Shown piece after piece: positions 24,850 to 37,579 of a stretch of DNA of 64,000 nt. The stretch's first letter is position 1, and each line of letters begins with the position of its first letter. A program made the translations under genes and the position numbers. The DNA lies in assembly GCA_010356995.1 (NCBI GenBank), contig ML996690.1, positions 1,024,217-1,088,216 of the forward strand. Reading direction: 5' to 3'. This DNA comes from Trichodelitschia bisporula (Eukaryota). The notes beneath the pieces are model-generated. The model saw only the letters and a list, made by a program, of their open reading frames with translations, had not been told where the DNA came from and did not search any database.

Positions 24850-25283
24850 TTGATCTAAGGGACAGACCTTTTTATGACCGTCAACGCAGGATGCGGAAAG
24901 CTGGCGTTATTGACTTGGGCTGGGCGTATATACCTGCATGAGCGGCTAGGGCATAGACGGCGTTTTGGTTGGGATAATAATTTGGCTCGGCACTCGACAA
25001 CACGTCGATGCCGAATTCTCCAGAAGTAGCACGATGCACCTGCATTCAGTCCAGTAATTTAAGGGCGAGGCTGGAGGCATTGGGGAGAGCTTCGGCCGTC
25101 TTGCCCCACACGCCAAGTATTCCTCACGCCAGGGCCCAAATTGTCCTTCCCCGTCATCGCGTTCGGCCCCACGCCCCCACCACGCCCGCGCCGCCAAACG
25201 GGTTGTCATTGTTCTCGAAGATGAGGTGCTAGACCACCAGATCCGCAGTCCCTCACACATATTTCTTCTCCATATCTGTAACC

Positions 25284-27431
25284 ATGGAGAAAATCACTGA
25301 CAAGCTTGCCGCACTGCCCCAAGATGGCACGTACTTCTCGTTGGAGTTCTTTCCTCCGAAGACGGCGATGGTAACGCCCCTAACACCAATATCCGCATCA
25401 AGCTGACTTGACTTTCAGGGCTTTGCAAACCTCCAGGCGCGTCTAGAGCGCATGTCTAGCGCATTAAGGCCTCTGTTTGTCAACGTCACTTGGGGTGCCG
25501 GAGGCTCCACTGCGACCAAGTCTCTTGAACTCGCCGAAATTTGCCAGCGCCAGCTGGGCCTGACGACATGTCTGCACCTCACTTGCACAAACATGAGCCG
25601 TGCTCTCATAGATGAAGTGTTGGAGCAAGCAAGAGCATTGGGGATCCGGAACATACTGGCCTTGCGAGGGGATCCGCCGCGCAGCGACGATTACTGGGAG
25701 AAGGACTCGCCTTTGAGTGTAGACTCGAATGCCGAGTTTACGTGGGCAGCAGACCTGGTCGCGTACATTCGGAAGGTGTATGGCGACTACTTCTGCATCG
25801 GCGTCGCGGCATACCCCGAGGGCCATTCCGACCAGGCAAACCCCGAAGCTCAGAGCCCGACTTTCGATCTCCCGTACCTAATCGAAAAGACTAAGGCGGG
25901 AGCCGACTTCATCATGACACAGCTTTTCTTTGACGTTAAGGCGTATGAAGCGTTTGAGGATATACTGCGGAACCATCCCTCTGAAGTGTTCAAAACGATC
26001 CCCATCATTCCCGGCTTGATGCCTATCCAGAGCTATCAAATTCTGAGAAGAACGACGAAGCTCAGTCACGCAACGCTACCCCCTGACGTACTTACCCGAC
26101 TGGATGCTGTCAAAGGGGACGATGGAGCGGTAAAGAGCGTAGGGGTTGACATTCTGACCGATATCGTAGGGACCTTGCAGAAACGGCCATCAAAGGGGCC
26201 ACAGGGCTTCCATTTCTACACCCTCAACCTGGAAAAGGTTGTCTCACAAATCGTTGAGCGATGTATGCTCATCGGTAACATTGGGGAGTTGGCCGACGAA
26301 GTGGCGATTGAGATTGTAGACACCGCCAACCCCCTCAGAAACACATCCAATAGCGAACACAGCAGAAGGCTGTCGTCAGTGCACAACTCCAATCCACATA
26401 ACCGGGTTGTGGTCGAGCGACCCACTGCTTTCAGTCACAGAAACTATGAAGCTATAGAATCCGAAGCAGGTGTTTTGGCTGGTGCCATCAACAGCCGTGC
26501 CACGACACTTGCGATTTCAGAGGGCGAGGGTGCTCTTGGCAGAGAGGCTACATGGGATGATTTTCCGAACGGCAGGTGGGGTGACGCCCGATCGCCAGGT
26601 AAGCCGAACTCTTTCGTTGGTGTGTTCGCTAACTTTGCAGCTTTTGGCGAAATCGACGGTTATGGTGTTTCCCTGCATGTGTCAATACCGCAGGCAATCA
26701 AACTCTGGAGCTACCCGACCACGAAGAATGATATATCGACCATCTTCCGCAAATACATCGCCGGCGAGATTGAGGCAATCCCATGGAGTGAAGAGGGGCT
26801 TAATACGGAGACCGAGACTATCCGCGATCATCTCTTGAAGCTGAATGCGAAGGGCTGGTGGTCCATTGCTAGCCAACCTGCCGTGAACGGGCTTAAGAGC
26901 AGTAATCCTGTGTTTGGTTGGGGGCCTAGAAATGGCTTCGTATTTCAAAAGGTAGACATGAAAAGTTTACACCCACTACGCTTGCTAATCCCGAACAGCC
27001 ATTTGTCGAGCTATTCCTCCCCTCTCAGGATTGGAAAGAACTCAAGGCAAAGCTGGATGACCTCCCGGAGGTGACTTATTTCGCGGGCAACGATGCTGGC
27101 GCCTTCGACGCTTCTGACCCCGCTGCGGTCAACCCTGTCACCTGGGGGGCGTTTCCGGGCAAAGAGTAAGTCACTAAGTCACTGAGCATGAACGTTACAT
27201 ATCGGAACTAATGCTGGCAGGATCATTACCCCAACCATCATTGAAGCGGTTTCGTTCAGAGCGTGGCTTGAGGAGGCCTTTTCCATCTGGAAGGAGTGGA
27301 TGCAGATATACCCGATCCGCTCACCAACGGCGCAACTGCTGGGAAATATCACCGGAGACTACTGGCTGGTGAATATAATTCATCACGCCTTTGTCGAGAA
27401 TGATGCCCTGTGGGAGTTACTGGCCGAATAG
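25284..27431 (+). CDS. MET12: Methylenetetrahydrofolate reductase, Met12/MetF type
   Basis: Exons 25284-25370, 25419-26598, 26641-26951, 26999-27165, 27221-27431. Motifs SLEFFPPKT, VTWGAGGS, HLTCTN, LALRGDPP, AYPEGH, TQLFFD, HFYTLN and regulatory WDDFPNGRWGDARSP. Confidence 0.9.
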
Positions 27432-27898
27432 TGTCCCATATGTCTCTATGGAATCACGGCGCACGCCCAGTAGCAACAATAGCTTAATATTTTAGTGAGA
27501 TAGGTCTAGCGGCTATCACCGTATTAAGTATGTGTGAACTCCCCAGCTTCGGAGAGAGAACATGGCAGATCATTGCTACAGTGTTTTGCATTGCCTAATG
27601 ATGCATCAAGCAGGGGAACTAAAGGCGGAACAAGGTGCCAATGGTAGAGGTAGTCCTCATGAAGTAATGTTGTTACTCTCGAGATCCTAAATGGGCATCC
27701 TATTCGTAGTGACGATGCCACTTAGCTAGAGAACGAATATCGATATCAGCTTGCAATCCATCGAGATGCCACTGGTCCACTACTTGGGCCACATTTGAGT
27801 AGAGAAGTAACTCGTTGTGATGCGCAGTTACGAACCCGTAATGGATTTGTCAATGGCCCGGTCAAGTCGCGTAAGGCTAGCTGCGGCTCCGCGTCAAT

Positions 27899-27908
27899 TT
27901 GGGGTGAT
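27899..27908 (-). promoter_or_regulatory. Candidate sterol regulatory element upstream of ERG7
   Basis: The minus strand reads ATCACCCCAA, a 9/10 match to SRE-1 ATCACCCCAC, about 175 bp upstream of the ERG7 ATG, with CCAATTGG nearby at about 27940. Confidence 0.35.
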
Positions 27909-28080
27909 CGGTTCCTGCAGCCAGTCGCATCTTGGCTTGCCAATTGGACGCCGAGTTTTCCTTACCACTGACAGGAGTCCAAGCCGTGGCGCAGTCGTTC
28001 AACATCCATCAACAAATGTTGTAGTTTGTACTGTACAGTGCACCTCCCCGAAATCTTTTACGTTAACGGAGACAGAAGTT

Positions 28081-30411
28081 ATGGAGAAGAGAGGCAGTCG
28101 CCGTGCTAATGGAGGCGTTCCCGATGGTAAACAACCCACCAAAACAGATTACTCCAGATGGCGCTTGCTAGATGAGCGGGGACGGCAGACATGGCACTAT
28201 CTACGGACCGACGACGAGGTTAAGAAGTGGCCCCAGAGCGTCGCGGACAAATACTTCTTGGGTCTACCAACGGTAGAATTCCCCTTCTGCTGCATGGCGA
28301 AAACTGACAACATCGTAGGGCCTACCTGACCTCAAGACCTCCACGACGCCCTTGCAAGCCGTAAACAATGGCCTGTCATTCTATTCCAAGCTCCAACTCC
28401 CCCCCGGAAACTGGGGCTGCGAATACGGAGGCCCGATGTTTCTCCTCCCCGGTCTGGTGATAACGTGGTACGTGACGGAGACGCCAGTGCCGGAAAGCCA
28501 CAGCATTGAGATTAAGAACTATCTCTTTACGCGCCAGCATGAGGATGGTGGCTGGGGACTCCATGTCGAAGCCCACAGCAGCGTGTTCGGAACGGCCTTG
28601 AACTACACCTGCTTGCGTCTTCTGGGGGCCCATGCCGAGGATCCACGCATGGTGAAGGCGAGGGGGAAGCTTCATGAAATGGGAGGCGCCGTTTATGGGC
28701 CTCACTGGTCGAAGTTCTGGCTGGCTGTTCTGGGGGTCTTCCCCTGGAGCATCGTTAATCCAACACCTCCAGAGCTTTGGTGAGACGTGTCCGCCTAAAA
28801 GCATACACGACGGCTAACTTGCGAAGGCTGCTTCCTGACTGGCTCCCGATTGCTCCCTGGCGGTGGTGGATACACATGCGCCAGGTTTTCTTGCCAATGT
28901 CGTTTGTCTACTCGAAGCGCTGGTCATATCCTCCAACAGCATTGACGATGGAACTGCGGAATGAGCTTTTCGTGGAACCATACGAAGCCATTGATTTCGC
29001 CTCCCACCGGAATAGTATATCGCCATTAGATAACTTTCACCCAAAGACATGGATATTGAACCTCATCAACTGGATCTTTGTACACCTTTGGATTCCCTAT
29101 CTGCTCACCAAATCACTCCAACAAAAAGCGGAGGCGTGGACGTGGAAGCTGATTCAGATGGAAGATGCGAATACGGACTACTCGAACCTCGGACCAGTCA
29201 ATGGCCCGATGAATTTATTGGCCTGCTATATTCAAGAAGGACCAGGCGCATACTCTGTTCGCCGACACCGCGAGCGGATGGAAGATTTCCTCTGGGTGAA
29301 GTCGGAAGGGATGTTGATGAACGGCACGAACGGCGTTCAAAACTGGGATACGGCCTTCACAATACACGCAGTCATCGAATGTGGCCTCGCTGAAGACCCA
29401 CGCTGGAAACCCATGCTCGTTAAAGCCCTTGAATATCTCGAATCGCAGCAAACTCTGGAAAACTGCAAGGATCATGAGGTCTGCTATCGCCACCCGACCA
29501 AGGGCGCATGGGGGTTCAGCAACAAAGACCAAGGTTACTCCGTCAGCGATTGTACCGCAGAAGCTGTTAAAGCAATCTTGTTGCTCCAGAAAATCCCCTC
29601 GTACCCGAATTTGGTTTCTGAAAGACGGATCAAGGATGCCATTGACATGCTTCTCACCATGCAAAATGATACCGGAGGCTGCTCGTCGTACGAACCACGG
29701 CGCGGCTCCGAGCTTTTGGAGTATCTGAATGCTGCTGAGGTTTTTGGTCGCATCATGGTTGAATACGACTACCCTGAATGCACCACTGCCTGCATTTCGG
29801 CGCTGAACGTTTTCCGCAAGCAATACCCTGATTACCGTGCGAAGGACATTGAAACCTTTATTCAGCGTGCCGTGAGCTGGATCCGCTCCGATCAGCGCGC
29901 AGATGGTAGCTGGTATGGCGCCTGGGCTATCTGCTTCACCTACGCAGGCATGTTTGCGCTACAGGCACTTCGGTCAATGGGGGAGACGTACGCAAATAGC
30001 GAGCGGGTGCGCCGCGCGTGCCAGTTCTTCCTCGACCGGCAAATGGATGACGGAGGGTGGGGCGAAAGTTACAAGAGCTGTGAGGACGGCGTTTACACCC
30101 AGCATGAGAAGAGCCAGGTGGTTCAGACGGCCTGGGTGTGTATTGCCTTGATGGAAGCCGACTATCCCGAAGTGGAGCCGATCCAAAAGGCTGTTAAGCT
30201 CATCATGAGCAGGCAACTGAGCAACGGGGAGTGGCCGCAGGAAGCGATTGAAGGCGTCTTTAACAAAAGCTGGTGAGTTGCCCTGATTCCGTAATAGGTG
30301 CCTTGCTAACAGTGAGCAAGCATGATTTCATATCCAAACTACAAGTTCATCTTCACCATAAAGGCTTTAGGGATGTTTGCCAGAAAACACGGCGATATGG
30401 TGCTTCAGTAA
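28081..30411 (+). CDS. ERG7: Oxidosqualene-lanosterol cyclase (lanosterol synthase)
   Basis: Exons 28081-28272, 28319-28779, 28827-30272, 30321-30411. Motifs GRQTW, YGGPMF, DGGWGLH, catalytic SDCTAE, QW repeats (DGSWYG, DGGWGES, NGEWPQ) and terminal CMISYPNYK. Confidence 0.96.
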
Positions 30412-30697
30412 TAACCTTGGAGTAGAGCGATTGAGGTCCGTGTTGAGTAGCGTGGCTTGAGTGTGAGAATTCTCGTAGATATTGAAATGGTGTTGTCGAT
30501 GTACTTAACTGTATAAAGGATCCTAATTAATTGGTGTTAAACGACACGTGATGGGGCGTCACCGCGTCTCTCAGCTGAGCAAGTTGTCTCGCGATCGCTG
30601 TTTAACACGCATCTGCCCGGTGATTTTTACTCCGTAACCCCCTCACTGCCTAATTGTGATTATCAACTACGCACTTTCAGTTCTTAGACACACTTTT

Positions 30698-33600
30698 ATG
30701 TCATCCCAGCCAGACGCTGAGCCCGATCCCAACTTAGAGTTGATTGACACTCAAGTGTGCACGCGCATTGAACGGGACGCGACGGTGTAACTCATACCCA
30801 AAAGAATTCGTTGCTAGCTTGCAGCATCCCAGTGCAGGACCTACATGGCAGGCGAAAGACTAAGCGATTCCATTGATACGGTGCTTGATACTCGGAAGCT
30901 TGTAGCATTGCGGCGTTTGCTGCTCGATGTGAGTCTTCAATTGCCACCGCGGCTGCGGCATGAGCATCGCCCAGCCGCAGAATGCGCTTTTTTGCCGGTT
31001 AGGAAAGCAACTGACGCAGCCACCCGCCCTAGGAAGAGCAATCGGATCGCTCCCCGCCGCCTCACCTTCCAACCCGCGAACTCGAAGCACGGCACGGTTC
31101 GACGCGTACGAAAAGTGTTATGGACCTCCCCTCTAACACCGTCAGCCGCTGGCCGAAGTCGCGCTCTTCGCCGTCTCCCCCTCCACACCCACCGCATGAC
31201 CCGTCCCCACATACTCCTTACCTCGCCCCGAAGCTGCGGCCCACCAGCAATACCGACTTTACCCCTCGTCTTGTCTCCTCTAAGTCTTCGCCTATACTTG
31301 GAACTTTGGACGATGAACATAAGCGCGCCGCTGCGAGAATGTATCGGACCTTCGCAGGAGTCTTAGATGATCCCGGGGACACGCAGCCGATTCAGACACA
31401 GATTTTCGAGAATCTGAGAGATAACGATTTGGGCGAGGTTGAGGGCGAGTTCGAGTGGATAAACGAACCTCACTTGGGCGATGGCACGCTACTCTCCGAT
31501 GACGACACGAATAACAATGGTGTGGAGGACGATGATGGCAACGGAGAGGTGTGCCCAACTGCTTATGAAGCGGAGCACTCAGACCAAGCAGTCAGCAGCG
31601 ACGAGGGCTTCACTCCGGACGAGCTGGACAGTGTACGGCAACCCAAAACTCCAGGCGTTGCTGGTCGGAAGCGTGATTATCGCGGTGATCTTATCAGTCC
31701 CGCCTTCGATACATCGGCAACTAAGACGCCTGGAATACGGTCATTGTTTCGCGGTGTTGATAATGAGGGAGATGGTCCACATATGTCATTGACCCAGATT
31801 TTCACGGCCACCCAGGCCGCATCCTCACCGCAAGTAGATAACCTTCACTCCGACCTCGTTTTTCAACGACCCTCGCCGAACTTCAACCATCAGCATTATC
31901 CCGCCATGTTCTCTCCCGATCAGGACCAAGATCTTATCCCAACTGTGCCGCTAGGAAACCATACACCCAGTGGTCGGTTATTGGACCAGGGGACATCATG
32001 CGGCATCTCGATGAACGGGGAGACCCCAGCCACTCTCTGGCGCGTAAAGGAGAGCATAGCTCCATCGAGTGACCTTCTCTACACGCCTGGCGTGCCGTCT
32101 GTTCGAAAGTTACACCTGCCCTTCGCGATCCCGGAGGTTTCGCAAGATCAAGACGACATTGCTCTTGCCGGTCGGAGTGAGGCGGAACAGGACAAAATGG
32201 CGGTTGAGGTTCCCATGACCTCATCACGACCAGGCGTATCTTCACTTCGCACTGGTAGCCCACAGCGCAATCTCGTGAAGCGCGCTGCCAGCACACAGTC
32301 CAAGGGTCACTTGGCCAAAGAATACAGAGCCTCGGGAGTTCCTGAGGAGGCTTCCCGTCCATCCAGCCAGTTGACGGTTGCCGTATTGGATTCCCGTGAG
32401 ATGACCCCTGAGGATGCCTACAAGCAGGGGAAGAGCCAGCCTCTCCCTGTATCATCTCATTCGCGGATATCACAGAGTCAGCATACATCGCACGTTACGG
32501 CCAGTCAAAAAATCTCTGGGAGGGTCTCCACCCCGAACCCGGTTCCTGACGCGCCTCGGATGCCCAGCAGCCCACCATACACCGCGGCGCAAGAAAATGA
32601 GGAAGATGCAATGAAAGACGAAGATGAGGATGCTCATTCGAGCAGAGCGAATGAATATGAGACAGCTCGCAACGGTGACGCTCTTGAGAGTCCTTTACGA
32701 GCTCCCCAACATTCACGTTTGCCCTCAGAGCCCATGAATGGCGACCATGAATGCATGGAAGCTGAAGAACGCGCCCAGGTGGAAGGCTTGGATAAGATTG
32801 ATGTCGAAATTCCCACAGAGGTCATTCAACCTGAGGATGCACACTCCCTTCATGCTAAGAGGAAAAATACTTCCAGCTTCACGCAAACCAACGACAGTGG
32901 GGATCACGATGTCTTCAACACGACCGAATCCCAGGTGTCTACGACTTCAACCGGGCCATTTCGAAGTCAGGTCTCACATCTCCAAAGCGAAAGCCCTATG
33001 ACAGGTCCTCCCAAACGACTAACAGAGATTGATGCTGATCGGAGGTTGCAACCAAGCCAGTCTTTCGGGAGCCTCGAGTTCAACCTTAACAACATCGTTA
33101 CTGATGAAGATCAAAATTTCCTGGATGCTATTTCCTCCCCGCCCCGCCCACCGAAACGCAGGAAAGTTTACACCACCAAGGTTCGACCCCAGCCAGCTCC
33201 CCCTGTCGGCTTCGACCCAGAATCTTTGAAGAAGTCACTTGGAGAACGTTCCCGGAGCCCTCTATCTCCCACTGAGGCACCGAACGGTCTTGAAACCGAG
33301 GCGGACATGCGTCCTACCTTCCTTACCACGCCGGCAGTCCCCAGAAAGACAGCATTTCCCGAGAAGCGTAATGCTCTCAAGAAGGGTAAACTCAAGCGAC
33401 CTACGAAACTCAAGGAACTGGACGCTTCTCGGGCTACATCGTCGGCCACGCCGAAAGCTACTCGGAAGCGTCCGCTCCCGGCAACTGCGGTCATTGCCGA
33501 AACACCCCAGCCGAGACCGACCCATGCTTTCGTGCAGAAGCCTATGGGATCGAGCGAGAAGGCCATTGCTGGGAATTTGATGTCTATTGCAGACGCAGAG

Positions 33601-35028
33601 CCTTCTGCATGGCAGCCAGGGGAAGCTGATGATGGCAAGATTTCCCCGGCACTGGACCCAGAGCAGTGCGTTCCCAACAGAGTCTTTGCGCTTTTTAAAG
33701 GAACGACCATGGCCTACTATCCAGCCACATGCATTGGAGTGTCAAATATTGACGGAACTCGTTTCAGGATCCGCTTTGACGATGGCACTATCGACATCCT
33801 CGACCATACTCGTGTGAGGAGCCTGGACCTTCGCATCGGAGATGCTGTCAAAGTCGACACGCACCAAATGAGAACCAAAACATATGTCGTTCGTGGCTTT
33901 ACCCACAGGATCGCGGTTATCGAAAAAGGATTCGAGCAAGATGTATATCCTTTAACCGACGTTCGGGGATACCAGACTGTCAGATTGGCTGCAAAGAAGC
34001 GTGGCAGCTTTCCGGCTCCCGACATGAAGCTTGACGATATCGTAGATATTCCTCTCACCAGCATCTACGTTACTGCTTCCATGTGGACGCGGTTCGCTGA
34101 TCGTCATTATTCTCAACCTCCCAGCGATCGCCCCCATGTCTCTCGCATCTCAACGCCATCAGTCATGCCTACGAGGCCAGTAACACCCAACAGCCGCTCC
34201 CGTCGTTCAATCATAGGCCCAGCACAGGTCAGCTATCAGCGAGACCGCTCGACTGCCTCCACCCATACCGAGTTGCCTTTCGCAAACATGGCTTTCGCAG
34301 TTACACTTACGGGCACCACAGACCGAGAGAGGATATGCAAACTAATCCGCGACAATGGTGGCTTATTGCTGGAATCCGGATTCGACGAGCTTTTCGATCC
34401 CATTACCCCAGATGATGGGGCTTTATATCAACTCCGTTTGACGCATATGGCGAGGAGCCTTGGGTTTACAGCACTCCTTGCAGACAAGCACTCGCGTCGA
34501 GCCAAATACGTCCAAGCTTTGGCCCTCAACATTCCATGTCTTCACTACCGCTGGCTCCTGGACAGCCTCGCCGCTTCAACAACCCTGCCATTCCACAAGT
34601 ACTTGCTCCCTGCAGGCGAATCTGCCTTTCTTTCTGGTGTTATACGGTCACGGTACTTGAAGCCATATCATCCGCAGGATGAGACAGCACAGTTGACAAC
34701 GGTATTCGACCATCGAGAAAAGATGCTGGCGGGGAAGAGCGTTTTATTCGTCATGGGGAAGGGTAAAGCAGAGGAGCGGCGCAAGGCATACTTGTTCTTG
34801 ACGTATGCTCTTGGAGCGGAACATGTGTCGCGTGTCCGGGATTTGAAGGAAGCAAAGGCGGAACTGGAACGGGATGGAGTTGCCTGGTACTGGTGTTATG
34901 CTGACGGAGATCTTGCAGATGCGGAACGGATACTGTTCGGTGGGAAAGACCGAGAGCGAGGAGCCAAAGTCGTTGGGGATGAGTTTGTTGTACAGAGTCT
35001 AATATTGGGGGCGTTGATGGAGGCGTAA
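30698..35028 (+). CDS. DNA damage checkpoint mediator Rad9/Crb2 (53BP1-like; tandem Tudor plus BRCT)
   Basis: Proposed exons 30698-30754, 30818-30928, 31033-35028, all phase 0. Long S/TQ-rich disordered N-terminus, Tudor region PNRVFALFKG..YYPATC..RFDDG, and BRCT region FANMAFAVT..SRRAKYVQALALNIPCLHYRW. Confidence 0.85.
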
Positions 35029-35683
35029 GCCTGTCTATGGATGCATGGTCTGTGAGCTTCCGAGCTTGTACATTGTGCGAGAGGCTTGACAGTATCTTAC
35101 AAGCGAATATCTGATGAATGAGCTTGGTGGAAGTCTAGCATTTCTTGATAGACACAGGCTCGACGACCTGCAGATGGTAGACCAACGATTTCAATGGGGG
35201 TTTCATTCATAGCTGAGCTCCAATCTCGCCCAGAAGCGTATGTACAGTCCTTCTGACACCGCCCACGCAACGGTTACATATGCGTGGCCAGTTCTTATAG
35301 AACCCATTTTCCTCTTAGCATCATCAAATCGCAGATACAGCATTAAAATGCATCACCAACCAACAAGACGCCGGAGGCTCAGCCGCTGCAATGAACTGTC
35401 TAACAGATGCGTGAGGTGGGCCGAAGTTCGCAGAGTCGCAAACTCTTTATACTGAAGAGAAACTGGACCGGATTAACTACTTGCCGAGTAAGAGCCGGCC
35501 CGGTCCTTGGCATCTTGGCATCAGAGATCCGGCATTGCTGCGGGAGTTGGGATCATGAGGTCGGCGGATGTAAGCGTGTCATTCGCCTTTTGTGCTCTCG
35601 ACTGGCTCTACGGAATGGGGAATTAGAAGCCATAGAATTGTCACTCATTCCTCATATATTTCCAAACACTAACTGCTGCAAAG

Positions 35684-37579
35684 ATGGCCTCCGCCATCTT
35701 CTTCCTGGACTTGAAGGGCAAGGTAACTCATCCTCTCGCAGCAGGTAATCCAGCGCTAATATGCCTTTTAGACCCTTCTGGCCCGTAACTACCGCGGTGA
35801 TATCCCCATGTCCGCGGTAGAGAAGTTTCCCATACTGCTCAGCGAAGCCGAAGACGAGAGTTCCGCCGTGCCACCATGCTTCTCGAGTGAGGGCATAAAT
35901 GTGGGCTCCCATCCTGCTGCTTCTCTGCCGCTGGTGAGCTGATTGCTCCCTAGTATCTCTACATCCGCCATAACAACCTTTATCTCCTTGCCATCACCAA
36001 GCGCAACACAAATGCTGCCGAGATCTTGCTCTTCCTGCATAAGATCGTCGAGGTCTTCACCGAATACTTCAAAGAGCTGGAGGAGGAGAGCATACGAGAC
36101 AACTTTGTCATCATTTACGAGCTGTTGGACGAGATGATGGACTTTGGCTATCCACAGACCACGGAGTCCAAGATCCTACAAGAGTACGGTAAAAATCAAG
36201 CTGATCGGGCCCTGCTAACTTTTCGCAGGTACATCACTCAGGAATCGCACAAGCTAGAAGTTCAAGCTCGACCTCCCATAGCCGTCACAAACGCCGTCAG
36301 CTGGCGGAGTGAAGGCATCCGTTACCGGAAGAATGAAGTCTTCCTCGACGTAATTGAATCACTGAACCTCCTCGTCAGCGCCAATGGCAATGTGGTGCGC
36401 TCTGAGATTTTGGGCAGCATCAAGATGAAGTGTTATCTCTCCGGCATGCCTGAACTGCGGCTGGGTCTGAATGACAAGGTCATGTTCGAGACAACGGGCC
36501 GCGCTACGAGAGGAAAGGCTGTGGAGATGGAGGACGTCAAATTTCACCAATGCGTGCGGCTCAGCAGATTTGAGAACGACCGAACCATCAGCTTCATACC
36601 CCCGGACGGCGAGTTCGAGCTCATGAGCTACCGTCTGAACACCCAGGTCAAGCCCCTGATATGGGTGGAATGTGTAGTTGAAAACCATTCCAACAGTCGC
36701 GTAGAGTATATGCTGAAGGTTCGTGCTTCCAAGCCTTTGAGTTCTAACTGACCAGAGCAGGCAAAAGCGCAGTTCAAGCGCCGAAGCACAGCCAACAATG
36801 TGAGCATCATCATCCCCGTTCCCGACGACGCCGATTCCCCCCGTTTCCGCACAAACATCGGAACCGTCGTCTACATGCCCGAAACATCATCGATTGTCTG
36901 GAAAATCAAACAGTTCGGCGGTGGGAAAGAGTTCCTCATGCGCGCTGAGCTGAACCTTCCGTCAGTCCGCGGCGATGATGAAAAAGGCGGCGGCATGATG
37001 GGCGGATTTGGGGGCTCGATGGGAGGTGTGGGGAGTGGCAAGGGCAAGCGGCCAATCCAGGTCAAATTCGAGATCCCGTACTTTACCACCAGTGGAATCC
37101 AAGTCCGCTACCTCAAGATTATTGAGCCAAAGGTACGTGGATTACCCCATTTTTTTCAACATGCAATATTTTGGGGGTGTGAGTGTCGAGGGAGTCCGGG
37201 GTTGGCTGTGGTGGGTTCGCCCCGCTAGATGCATGGTGGGCCTTGGCAATGAGAGGCCGCCCAAGTTCCGAAGACGGCAACCCCCTCATCTCCGGGAGCG
37301 CCCCAGAATAGCCCTGCAGGTGACATCTGCGAGAAATCGCAGATGGAGACCGCCCCGATAGCTCGTGGATCATGCCATACATCGGTTCCTGCCGGGCGGG
37401 CCCCGGGATCCCTACAGCCGAGAAACCCCAAAACCCTATCTGCACTTCATGCGCTAGCGTCATCGATTTTGCTAACTTTTACCACCATCTAGCTTCAGTA
37501 CCCGTCGTTACCGTGGGTACGGTATATCACTCAATCCGGTGACATAGCGGTGCGCTTGCCAGATGTGCGGAATACTTGA
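35684..37579 (+). CDS. APM1: AP-1 adaptor complex mu subunit
   Basis: Exons 35684-35722, 35772-35900, 35954-36183, 36229-36718, 36761-37132, 37493-37579. Motifs MASAIFFLDLKGK, EESIRDNFVIIYELLDEMMDFGYPQ, FIPPDGEF and LPWVRYITQSG. Confidence 0.96.
37169..37433 (+). ncRNA. Candidate structured intronic RNA element in the last intron of APM1 (family unassigned)
   Basis: Nested complementary segments 37169-76/37426-33, 37202-11/37412-21, 37213-25/37391-403 and 37228-36/37375-83, plus a perfect 9-bp GAAA-tetraloop hairpin at 37324-37345. The intron is 360 nt versus 42-53 nt for the other APM1 introns. Confidence 0.55.

Noticed and set aside
27167..27184. TAAGTCAC tandem duplication at the donor of a MET12 intron (possible stwintron)
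   Set aside because: No internal branch point and acceptor pair exists, and a single 55-nt intron restores the frame.
25284..30411. ERG7 as the core of a triterpene biosynthetic cluster
   Set aside because: Neighbours are MTHFR, a GT15 and Rad9; there are no P450s, acyltransferases or transporters, so it looks like the primary-metabolism lanosterol synthase.
37187..37201. GAGGGAGTCCGGG resembling the RNase P CR-I motif
   Set aside because: There is no matching CR-V (ACAnAAnnCGGCUUA-like) segment, and the helix order does not fit RNase P/MRP.
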